From: an uncultured Acidobacteriota bacterium
GTDB lineage: Bacteria; Acidobacteriota; Vicinamibacteria; Vicinamibacterales; UBA2999
DNA: 64,000 bases
Direction of reading: 5' to 3'
NCBI GenBank assembly: GCA_902826065.1
Contig: CADEDM010000003.1
Location: 8,045-72,044, forward strand
This document shows positions 27,728-37,915 of this stretch, piece after piece; position 1 is the stretch's first letter, and each line of letters begins with the position of its first letter. The notes beneath the pieces are model-generated. The model was not told the DNA's origin. It saw only the letters and a list, made by a program, of their open reading frames with translations, and made no database searches. The translations under genes were made by a program, and so were the position numbers.

Positions 27728-30376
27728 GTGGCCATGTCGCTGCTGCGAAGCCTGGTCCAGCGCCTGCGGGTCGTGGTGCGGCGCGGCACGGTCGACGACG
27801 AACTCCAGCGCGAACTGGACGACCACTTCGAGCGGGAGGTCGAGCGCCAGCAGGACAGGGGCCTCACTCTGGACGAGGCGCGGCGTCGCGCCCGCTTGCG
27901 CGTCGGCGGCGCCGACGCGATCGCGGAGGACGTGCGCGACGAGCGCGGGGGCCGTCTGCTTCTCGACGCGATCGGCGACCTGCGCGTCGGCGCCCGCGGG
28001 CTGGCCCGGTCGCCCGGCTTCACCGCGACCGCGGCGCTGTCCCTGGCGCTCGGCGTGGCCGGCGTCACCGCCATCGGCAGCGTCGTGCACGTGGTGATCG
28101 TGCGACCGCTGCCGTACCCGGACGCTGATCGCCTGCATCTCGTGCGCGTCGCCTGGAACGCGTTCTCAGCGCCGCTGTCGGCCGCGGATCTGCTGCGCCT
28201 GCAGGAGGCGAGCAGCGGCCTTGCCGATGTCGCCGCCTACCGCTTCGGCGCCGAGGGCTACACGCTGCTGGGCCATGGCGAGCCGCAGGTGGTGAGTGGC
28301 GCTGCCGTGACCCTCGAGCTGCCGCGGGTGCTCGGTGTCCAGCCGGCGTTGGGCCGATGGCTGTCCGAGCAGCGCGACGCCCGCGAAGTCCTCATTGGCG
28401 ACGCGCTGTGGCGACGGCTCTTCGGCGGCGCCGCAGACGTCCTCGGCCGGCCGCTGACCCTCGACCGTGGCGTCTACACGATCGTGGGCGTGATGCCACC
28501 CGGCTACGACGTGCCCGGGCAGAGCCGCGGCGAGATCTGGATCGCCGCGCCGCTCGACGAGCCCGAGCGCCGCGGTCCGTTCTTCCTGCACGTCGTGCTG
28601 CGCCTGCGGCCCGGGGTGGGGCCGGGGCAGGCGGCGGCCGGACTCACTGCCGCGGTCCTGCCGGTGCTCGAGGCGCGCTACGCCGCAGAGCCGACGTGGC
28701 GCTACCTCACCACGCCGGCCAAGGACGTGGTGGTCGGCGAGACGCGTCGGACGCTGTGGCTGTTCCTTGCAGCGGTGACGCTGGTGCTGGCGATCGCCAC
28801 TGTGAACGTCGCCAGTCTGGTGCTGGCCCGCGGCGCCTCGCGCACGCGTGAGCTGGCATTGCGCGCGTCGCTGGGTGCCCGGCGCGAACGGCTGGTGCGG
28901 CAACTCCTCGCCGAGTCGATGCTGATCGGTGGCGGCAGCGCCGTCATCGGACTCGCCGGCGCGGCGGCCCTGCTTCGCGTGATCGTGGCGCAGGCCGAGC
29001 CGCTGATCCCGCGGGTTGCCGACGTGCGGCTGGATACGGCCACCGCCGGTCTCGCCGTGGTCGTCGGCCTCGGCACCGCGCTGCTGACCGGCATCGCACC
29101 GGCGTTGTGGCTCACCGGCCGGCACCTGGGTCAGGCCACACGGTCTGGCGGCCGCATGACCACCGGCGGCCCGGTGGAGGGACGTGTCCGTCGCGGGCTC
29201 GTGGTGGCGGAGGTGGCGCTGGCCGTGTGCGTGCTGGTCGCGACGACGCTGCTCGTGAAGACGATGCGACGCGTCGACGACGAGCCGCCCGGATTCGCGG
29301 CCGCCGGCGTGCTGAGCCTGCGCGTGGCGGCGCCGCCCGACCCGTACGACGACGAGGTCAGGCTCTACGCCTACCTCCGCGACCTCGACGCGCGGCTGCG
29401 CGCGCTGCCCGGCGTGACCCACGTCGCCCTGTCGGAATCGCTCCCGCCCGATCGGCTGCAGCAGTCGAACAACTACACACTGCAAGGCGAAGAGCCCGGA
29501 TCGCCCGGCCGCACCAGTCAGGGATCGGGCGTCGCGCAGTGGAACGTGGTCAGCCCCGAGTTCTTCGCGACGCTCGGCGTGCCGCTGATCGAGGGCCGCG
29601 CGTTCTCGGATGGCGACGGCGCGTCGTCCCCGCGCGTGGCGGTCGTGAGCCGCGCCTTCGCGCAGCGACACTTTCCCGGGCGCACCGCGATTGGGGGGCA
29701 GCTGAAGACGGGCGACTGGGACGCGGCGGCGCCCTGGCTCACGATTGTTGGCGTGGTGGGCGACATGCCGTACGAGCAAGGCGCGTGGGGCGGACTGGCG
29801 CCGACCCTCTACCTGCCGCTCGCTCAGACCGGCGGCTCGCGCTGGCAGTTCATGACGCTGCGCACCCGCGATCTCGACGGCGCGTCGGCCGGGCTCGCGG
29901 CCGCGCTCCACGCCGCTGATCCGCGTGTGCCGTTGCGCGATGTCGCGACGATGGCGGAACGGCTGTCGGCGTCGGCGGCACGTCCGCGCTTCCGCATGCG
30001 CCTGTTCACCGCCCTCGCGGCCGTGGCGGTGTCGCTGGCGCTGACCGGACTCTACGGCGTGCTCGCCTACCAGGTCAGCCAGCGGCGGAAGGAGACCGCC
30101 GTGCGGCGCGCGCTGGGCGCCACGTCGTCGACGATCCTCGGCGAGGTCGTGCGCTCGGGGCTCGGACTGACGGCGCTCGGAGTGAGCATCGGACTGGTGG
30201 CCGCGCTCGCGGGGTCTCGGGCGCTGGCAGCGTTCCTGTTCGGGGTCGCGTCGACCGACCCCGCAGCGTTCGCGATTGCCGCCGGGATCCTGCTCGGCGC
30301 AGCGGTACTGGCCTGCGTGATGCCGGCGTGGCGCGCGGTGGCGGCGGATCCGCTCATCGTCCTGCGCGAGGACTAG
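27728..30376 (+). CDS. ADOP-family duplicated FtsX/MacB-like permease with prefix domain
   Basis: 882 aa, starting 6 nt after the PadR gene. Prefix region VDDELQRELDDHFEREVERQQDRGLTLDEARRRARLRVG, followed by ARGLARSPGFTATAA. Ends ADPLIVLRED*. Confidence 0.9.
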   Translation: MAMSLLRSLVQRLRVVVRRGTVDDELQRELDDHFEREVERQQDRGLTLDEARRRARLRVGGADAIAEDVRDERGGRLLLDAIGDLRVGARGLARSPGFTATAALSLALGVAGVTAIGSVVHVVIVRPLPYPDADRLHLVRVAWNAFSAPLSAADLLRLQEASSGLADVAAYRFGAEGYTLLGHGEPQVVSGAAVTLELPRVLGVQPALGRWLSEQRDAREVLIGDALWRRLFGGAADVLGRPLTLDRGVYTIVGVMPPGYDVPGQSRGEIWIAAPLDEPERRGPFFLHVVLRLRPGVGPGQAAAGLTAAVLPVLEARYAAEPTWRYLTTPAKDVVVGETRRTLWLFLAAVTLVLAIATVNVASLVLARGASRTRELALRASLGARRERLVRQLLAESMLIGGGSAVIGLAGAAALLRVIVAQAEPLIPRVADVRLDTATAGLAVVVGLGTALLTGIAPALWLTGRHLGQATRSGGRMTTGGPVEGRVRRGLVVAEVALAVCVLVATTLLVKTMRRVDDEPPGFAAAGVLSLRVAAPPDPYDDEVRLYAYLRDLDARLRALPGVTHVALSESLPPDRLQQSNNYTLQGEEPGSPGRTSQGSGVAQWNVVSPEFFATLGVPLIEGRAFSDGDGASSPRVAVVSRAFAQRHFPGRTAIGGQLKTGDWDAAAPWLTIVGVVGDMPYEQGAWGGLAPTLYLPLAQTGGSRWQFMTLRTRDLDGASAGLAAALHAADPRVPLRDVATMAERLSASAARPRFRMRLFTALAAVAVSLALTGLYGVLAYQVSQRRKETAVRRALGATSSTILGEVVRSGLGLTALGVSIGLVAALAGSRALAAFLFGVASTDPAAFAIAAGILLGAAVLACVMPAWRAVAADPLIVLRED

Positions 30377-30432
30377 TGGCGCCGGCGGCGCGTGACGTCC
30401 GGCCGGCGCGACGCCGTGCCTATACTGCGGGG

Positions 30433-31014
30433 ATGGACGCCCCTGAACGCGTCGACCCGCCGGCGGTCGAGCCGCGCGTGGCGGACGCGCTGGTGGCGAA
30501 CCATCGCGCGTTCCTCGCCTATCTCGAACGCCGTCTCGGCAGCCGCGAAGCCGCCGAGGACGTGCTGCAGGAGGCGTTCGTCCGCAGCGCCGGCCACACC
30601 GCGGACGTCCCCGACGACGCGCTCGTCCCCTGGTTCTACCGGGTGCTGCGCAACGCCGTCGTCGACCGGTTCCGGCGGCGCGGGGCCGAGGATCGGGCAC
30701 TCGCGGCGTTCGCGCGCGAGCTCGACCTCGCGGACGCCGCACCCGAGGAGGTGCGCGGCGAGATCTGCGCCTGCATCGGCCGCCTGGCCGGCACGCTGAA
30801 GCCGGAATACAGCGCGGCCCTGGCGGCCGTCGATGTCCACGGGACGCCGGTGAAGGACTTCGCGCAGCAACACGGGCTCACGACGTCGAACGCAGGCGTC
30901 CGGCTCTTCCGTGCCCGCGCGGCGCTCCGAAAACAGGTCGCCGCCTCGTGCGGCAGCTGCGCCGACCACGGCTGTCTCGACTGTTCCTGCCAGCAGCCGC
31001 CGCCCGAGGTGTAA
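30433..31014 (+). CDS. ECF (sigma-70 family) sigma factor with Cys-rich C-terminal extension, CorE-like
   Basis: ATG at 30433. Sigma-2 region: [11 protein letters not shown]...[16 protein letters not shown]. Sigma-4 HTH: [32 protein letters not shown] motif lies in the linker (EICACIG). The tail reads [15 protein letters not shown]. No anti-sigma gene is adjacent. Confidence 0.8.
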   Translation: MDAPERVDPPAVEPRVADALVANHRAFLAYLERRLGSREAAEDVLQEAFVRSAGHTADVPDDALVPWFYRVLRNAVVDRFRRRGAEDRALAAFARELDLADAAPEEVRGEICACIGRLAGTLKPEYSAALAAVDVHGTPVKDFAQQHGLTTSNAGVRLFRARAALRKQVAASCGSCADHGCLDCSCQQPPPEV

Positions 31015-31054
31015 TGCGCGACACCCTCCTGCGTCGAAGAGACAGGAGGACACG

Positions 31055-33415
<2,361 letters not shown>

Positions 33416-33424
33416 GGACGGGCC

Positions 33425-33979
33425 CTATTTCACGCGCCGCAGCGTGGTGCGTGAGTAGAGCTGAAAGTCCTTGCCCGGCTCGGCCAGCTCGAAGATCTCC
33501 TCGAACGCGTCGGGCCCGCTGACGACGTAGGTTTCGCGGGCGCGGAAACCGGCCGGGATGTTCTCGATGGCCTCCGACTCGAACACGATCCGTGTCGCCG
33601 TCGATCCCGTCACCTCGACGTAGGTGTTGACGAACCCTTCGACGTGGAACTGGCGGAAGACCAGCGCCTTTCTCGCGCGATCGTGGCTGATGAAGCCCTC
33701 GTCCTCGTGCACCTCGCCCTTGGGGTTCTTCTCCTGGATCGGGTACGCGCTGCGATTGCGGACGCGGATGAACCGGTCGTTCAGCGCCTTCACGTACTCA
33801 CGGCGTACCGTGCCGTTGCCAGGTTCGCCCTCCGACGTGCCCTCCCAGCGGCCGAGAAGGGGCGCGAGGCGGGCGAACGGATCGAGCGGCGGCGCCTGAG
33901 CGCGTCCGATCAGGGCGCTGGCCACTGCGGTAGCCACCAGGGTCAGCACGGCCGCGACGGATCGGAAGCGGCGATTCAT
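33425..33979 (-). CDS. Small exported protein, lipocalin/DUF1579-like beta-barrel (tentative)
   Basis: 184 aa from the ATG at 33979, inside a 499-aa composite ORF. Signal MNRRFRSVAAVLTLVATAVASALIGRAQA. The LLGRWEGTSEGE motif resembles small beta-barrel families. ATGA overlap with the upstream gene. Confidence 0.55.
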   Translation of the reverse strand: MNRRFRSVAAVLTLVATAVASALIGRAQAPPLDPFARLAPLLGRWEGTSEGEPGNGTVRREYVKALNDRFIRVRNRSAYPIQEKNPKGEVHEDEGFISHDRARKALVFRQFHVEGFVNTYVEVTGSTATRIVFESEAIENIPAGFRARETYVVSGPDAFEEIFELAEPGKDFQLYSRTTLRRVK

Positions 33980-34962
33980 CGTCGCGGTCCCCCCTTGGGC
34001 TCGGTCGCGCGATACCCGCGCAGCATGTTGGTCAGCGAGTAGTTGGCCTCGTGGCAGGCGAACTCGTAGATGAGCCCGTCGCCGTCGTTGCGGGTCATCG
34101 TCAGCTCGCCCTTCCACGGCCGCGTGTAAGCGGTGGGATTGTCGATCTCGAACCGATAGAGCAGCGTGTCCTTGTCGAGCAGGCTGAGGCGCTCGACGAC
34201 GTGGAGATTGCGGTCCCAGCCGAAGTTGCCGCCGGCGTCGCCGTAGAAGCCGCTGCCGTCGACGAAATTGGTCGTGTCGATGACCAGCGTCGCGCCCTCC
34301 CAGCGGCCGATGGAGTCGCCGGCCCAACTGCGGATGCTGGCCGGCAGGTGCGGGCGGCCGTCGAGGTGCACGATCCGCGCGTCGTGGATCATCTCGGCGT
34401 GGATGACGACGGCGTCGCGCGTCTGCACGATCTGGTAGTTGCTGTTGTAGGTGTAGGGCAGCATCGGCGGCCCGACGGTCAGGAAGGTCACGCACTGATC
34501 CTGCAGGCCGAGGTCCTCGGGGTTCTCGCCGAGGCGCTGGCGCTCCTGCGTCTGGCGCCGGATCTCGGCGGCGGCGGGCGTCAGCGGCGGGATGCGTCCA
34601 TCCGGCGGATCCGTCACGATCGAAGTGCGGCGCGTCTTCACCACGTCGGTGCCGAACTCGCGGTAGAACGTGTTGTAGGTGCCGGTGCCGCGCTGCGCAG
34701 TGCCGGGTGCCGGTTCGGCGTTGCGCTCGGCGATCTGCTGCTCGTAGCGTGCCGCCTCCTCCGGCGTGAAGAACGGCTTGTCCTTCAGTTCGGCCGGCCG
34801 TTCGAGCGGTGTCGCCGTGCCCGAGTTCCAGATGCCCTCGAGATCCGGAGGCGCCGTGCGCGACGCGACCTGCCCCGGCAGCACCGCGGGCATGGCGACC
34901 AGCAGGGTCGCGATGGCGGCCCACGGGGCGAGCGACGATCGCGTGGGATTCGTGCGCAGCAT
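33976..34962 (-). CDS. Hypothetical exported protein
   Basis: 328 aa with ATG at 34962. Signal LAPWAAIATLLVAMPAVLPGQ. Coding-like GC3. I recognise no domain. Confidence 0.6.
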   Translation of the reverse strand: MLRTNPTRSSLAPWAAIATLLVAMPAVLPGQVASRTAPPDLEGIWNSGTATPLERPAELKDKPFFTPEEAARYEQQIAERNAEPAPGTAQRGTGTYNTFYREFGTDVVKTRRTSIVTDPPDGRIPPLTPAAAEIRRQTQERQRLGENPEDLGLQDQCVTFLTVGPPMLPYTYNSNYQIVQTRDAVVIHAEMIHDARIVHLDGRPHLPASIRSWAGDSIGRWEGATLVIDTTNFVDGSGFYGDAGGNFGWDRNLHVVERLSLLDKDTLLYRFEIDNPTAYTRPWKGELTMTRNDGDGLIYEFACHEANYSLTNMLRGYRATEPKGGPRR

Positions 34963-35057
34963 CGGTCGCGCTCAGCCTACTTCAACTCGTGGGCGCGGAC
35001 GCATGACGACCGCCCGACTCATCGGGACCATGCGGTGAGCGATACTACGCCACCGCC

Positions 35058-36248
35058 ATGCCGTCGCTCGAAGGAGTGAAAGTCGTCGACCTGACCCGTG
35101 TGCTCGCGGGTCCGTTCTGCACCATGCTGCTCGGCGACCAGGGCGCCGACGTCATCAAGATCGAGGAGCCCGAGCGCGGCGACGACACCCGCGGCTGGGC
35201 CCCGTTCATCGGCGGGTGGAGCAGCTACTTCCTCGGCGTCAATCGCAACAAGCGGAGTCTCGCACTCGACCTGAAAAGCGACGACGGCCGGGCCGTGTTC
35301 ACGCGGCTGGTGCAGGACGCCGACGTGCTGGTCGAGAACCTGCGGCCGGGCGTGCTCGACCGGCTGGGCTTCGGCTACGCGCAGGTCTCCGCCCTCAATC
35401 CGCGGCTGATCGTGGCGTCGGTCTCGGGCTACGGCCACACCGGGCCGCGCCGCAGCGAGGCCGGCTACGACCCGGTGCTGCAGGCCGAGGCCGGGCTCAT
35501 GGAGGTCACCGGCACGCCCGACGGCGACCCGATGCGCGTCGGCGTGGCGATGACCGATTTCATGGCCGCGCATTTCATGTTCTCGGGCATCCTGCTGGCG
35601 CTGCGGGACCGCGAGCGCACGGGGCGGGGCCAGCAGGTCGACATCGCGCTGTTCGATGCCATCCTCGCGACGATGACCCTGCCGGCCGGCATCGCGTTCG
35701 CGACCGGGGCGGCGCCCCCGCGCATGGGCAACCAGCATCCGTCGATTGCGCCCTACGAGACGTTCCGCGTGAAGGACGGCCTGGTGATGGTCTGCGCCGG
35801 CAATCCGAACCTGTGGCGACGGTTCTGCGCCGCCATCGATCGGCCGGAGCTGCTGGACGATCCGCGCTTCCTCGACAACGACAGCCGCCTGGCGCATCGC
35901 GACGACCTCGTGGCGACGATCGACACACAGTGCCGCGCGTGGACGGCGGCAGACTTCGTGGCCCGCCTCGACGCGCAGGGGGTGCCATGCGGGCGCGTGC
36001 GGACCATCGTCGAGGCGCTGGCCGATCCGCAGGTGCAGGCGCGCGGCATGCTGGTGCACCAGGCCCACGACGCGCTGGGGAGCGTGGCGTCGATCGGCAG
36101 TCCGCTGAACAGGCCCGCGTCGCCGCCGGCCTATCGGCTGCCGCCGCCGGCGTTGGGCGAACACACGACGGAGATCGCGCGCGCCCTCGGCTTCGGCGAC
36201 GACGTCGTGTCGCGCCTGCTGCGGCGCATCGGCGCGCCGGTGGAGTAG
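35058..36248 (+). CDS. Family III CoA-transferase (CaiB/BaiF/Frc-like)
   Basis: 396 aa. N-terminal signature LEGVKVVDLTRVLAGPFCTMLLGDQGADVIKIE.P..GDDTR. Later motifs: GYDP..QA..GLM and NQHPSIAPYE. Confidence 0.9.
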   Translation: MPSLEGVKVVDLTRVLAGPFCTMLLGDQGADVIKIEEPERGDDTRGWAPFIGGWSSYFLGVNRNKRSLALDLKSDDGRAVFTRLVQDADVLVENLRPGVLDRLGFGYAQVSALNPRLIVASVSGYGHTGPRRSEAGYDPVLQAEAGLMEVTGTPDGDPMRVGVAMTDFMAAHFMFSGILLALRDRERTGRGQQVDIALFDAILATMTLPAGIAFATGAAPPRMGNQHPSIAPYETFRVKDGLVMVCAGNPNLWRRFCAAIDRPELLDDPRFLDNDSRLAHRDDLVATIDTQCRAWTAADFVARLDAQGVPCGRVRTIVEALADPQVQARGMLVHQAHDALGSVASIGSPLNRPASPPAYRLPPPALGEHTTEIARALGFGDDVVSRLLRRIGAPVE

Positions 36249-36266
36249 GCCGCGAGGCGGCTCGCC

Positions 36267-36728
36267 CTAGCTCCGGGTCCGCGCCTTCGGCGTCGCGCGG
36301 ATCGCGTCCGCGGGCGCCTTGGCGATCATCACCTCGGTCGACTTGACGATCGCGATGGCGTCGTCGCCGCGCTTCAGCCTGAGCGTACGCACGGCATCGG
36401 CGGTGATGACCGCGGTCAGCGACTGCGTGCCCACGCGCAGGCGCACCTGCGCGAGCAGGCCATCGACGCGGACTTCCTCGATGTAGCCATGAAGACGATT
36501 GCGGGCGCTGAGGCCGCCGAGCGCCTCCTCGTCGGCGGGGGGGCGTCGCCGCCCCGGCGCCTCGGGTTGCTGTTTCGCCAGCAGCCGCTCGATCTCGGCG
36601 TCGGCCACCCGGTGATGGCCGCCCTCGGTGCGTGTCGTGCGCACCAGTCCCTGGTGCACCCAGCGTTTGAAGGTCGAGTAGCCGACGCCGACGCGTTCGG
36701 CCGCGGCCCGCACGGTGACGAGTGCCAT
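36267..36728 (-). CDS. Transcriptional regulator: excisionase/MerR-type HTH fused to a molybdate-binding MOP/TOBE domain
   Basis: 153 aa. HTH region: VTVRAAAERVGVGYSTFKRWVHQGLV. The C-terminus SARNRLHGYIEEVRVDGLLAQVRLRVGTQSLTAVITADAVRTLRLKRGDDAIAIVKSTEVMI matches the Mop/ModE di-MOP half pattern. Confidence 0.75.
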   Translation of the reverse strand: MALVTVRAAAERVGVGYSTFKRWVHQGLVRTTRTEGGHHRVADAEIERLLAKQQPEAPGRRRPPADEEALGGLSARNRLHGYIEEVRVDGLLAQVRLRVGTQSLTAVITADAVRTLRLKRGDDAIAIVKSTEVMIAKAPADAIRATPKARTRS

Positions 36729-36740
36729 GTCGGCTCCAGT

Positions 36741-37841
36741 CTACGCGCCGAGCGCGCGCGTCACGTCGTCGACGAGGTCGTCGGGCGCCTCGCAGCCGAC
36801 CGAGAAGCGGATGAAGCCCTCGCTCACCGCGTCGCCGCCCCATCGCGCCCGCCGCTCAGCCGACGAGTGGACGCCGCCGAAGCTCGTGGCTTCGCGCACC
36901 AGCGTGAGGGCGCCTAGGAAGGCCTCCGCTTTGGCACGCGTGCCGAGATCGAAGCTGACGACCGTGCCGCCCGCGATCATCTGGCGCGTGGCCACGGCGT
37001 GCGCGGGATGTGACGGCAGCCAGGGGTAGTGCACGGCCGTGACGGCCGCGTGGCCGGCCAGCGCGGTGGCCAGCCGCAACGCCGTGCCGCACTGGCGTTC
37101 CATCCGCAGCGGCAGGGTGGCCAGCGAGCGATGCGCCATCCACACCTCCATGGGGCCCGGGATCGCGCCGTGCTGCGTGCGCCACGTGCGCAGGGCCGCC
37201 GCGGCCTCGGCCTTCTTCGTCGCCGTGTGGCCGAGGATGAGGTCACTGTGGCCGGTGATGGCCTTGGTGTCCGAGGCGACCACGAAGTCCGCGCCGAGGG
37301 CGAGCGGCTGCTGCAGCCACGCCGTCGCGGTGGTGTTGTCGACGACCGTGAGCACGCCCCGCGCCTGCGCGGCCTCGGTCAGCGCGCGGATGTCGCAGAC
37401 GTCGAGGTGCGGGTTCGACGGCGTCTCGAGCCAGAGCAGCCGGGCGCCGTCGAGCATCTCCGCCTGCGCGTTGCCCGCGGTGGGCGCCTGCCGCACGGTG
37501 ACGCCGATCTTCGCCAGCCAGTTGCCGGCAATCACGCGCACCGTGTAGTAGCAGTCGGCCGGCAGCACCACCACGTCGCCGGGCGACAGCGTCGTGCCGA
37601 GCACCGCGGAGATCGCCGCCATGCCCGACGCGAACGCCACGGTCTCGCCGCCATCGAGTTCACTGAGGGCCGCTTCCCACGCGGTCCACGTCGGATTGTG
37701 GAAGCGCCCGTAGGTGAGCGGGTGCGCGGCGGGATCGCCGGGCGTGACGTAGGTGGACGAGAAGACGGGCCCGGTGCCGTAGCTGCCGGGCGTGCCGGTG
37801 GCCCGGTACCCGGCGTGAAGGAGTGCGGTCTCGCGCTGCAT
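36741..37841 (-). CDS. PLP-dependent Cys/Met-metabolism enzyme (cystathionine gamma-lyase/gamma-synthase family)
   Basis: 366 aa from the ATG at 37841, with GAGGA 8 nt upstream. Motifs: YGRFHNPT, LETPSNP, PLP-Lys motif ASDTKAITGHSD, and C-terminal FGGVHS. Confidence 0.88.
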   Translation of the reverse strand: MQRETALLHAGYRATGTPGSYGTGPVFSSTYVTPGDPAAHPLTYGRFHNPTWTAWEAALSELDGGETVAFASGMAAISAVLGTTLSPGDVVVLPADCYYTVRVIAGNWLAKIGVTVRQAPTAGNAQAEMLDGARLLWLETPSNPHLDVCDIRALTEAAQARGVLTVVDNTTATAWLQQPLALGADFVVASDTKAITGHSDLILGHTATKKAEAAAALRTWRTQHGAIPGPMEVWMAHRSLATLPLRMERQCGTALRLATALAGHAAVTAVHYPWLPSHPAHAVATRQMIAGGTVVSFDLGTRAKAEAFLGALTLVREATSFGGVHSSAERRARWGGDAVSEGFIRFSVGCEAPDDLVDDVTRALGA

Positions 37842-37856
37842 GAACGGATCCTCGGC

Positions 37857-37898
37857 GTGACGAAGCGTCGTGGCAGTTGTACCACGACGCCTCGTCAC
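37857..37898 (-). terminator. 17-bp GC-rich stem-loop between the TonB-dependent receptor and the PLP lyase gene (U-tract-less terminator or attenuator)
   Basis: The minus-strand RNA is GUGACGAGGCGUCGUGG-UACAACUG-CCACGACGCUUCGUCAC: 17 pairs with one G-U. The lyase SD GAGGA follows directly. Confidence 0.5.
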
Positions 37899-37915
37899 CG
37901 GTCCGTGGCCGCGCC

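Noticed and set aside
30421-30426. A TATACT hexamer 6 nt upstream of the ECF sigma ATG, which might mark a promoter for a leaderless mRNA.
   Set aside because: No acceptable -35 element lies at 16-18 bp spacing, and a single hexamer match is weak evidence in isolation.
37842-37915. A SAM-I riboswitch ahead of the Cys/Met-metabolism gene.
   Set aside because: The 74-nt spacer is too short for the four-helix SAM-I fold and contains essentially one long hairpin. The smaller SAM/SAH riboswitch classes cannot be excluded without a covariance-model scan.
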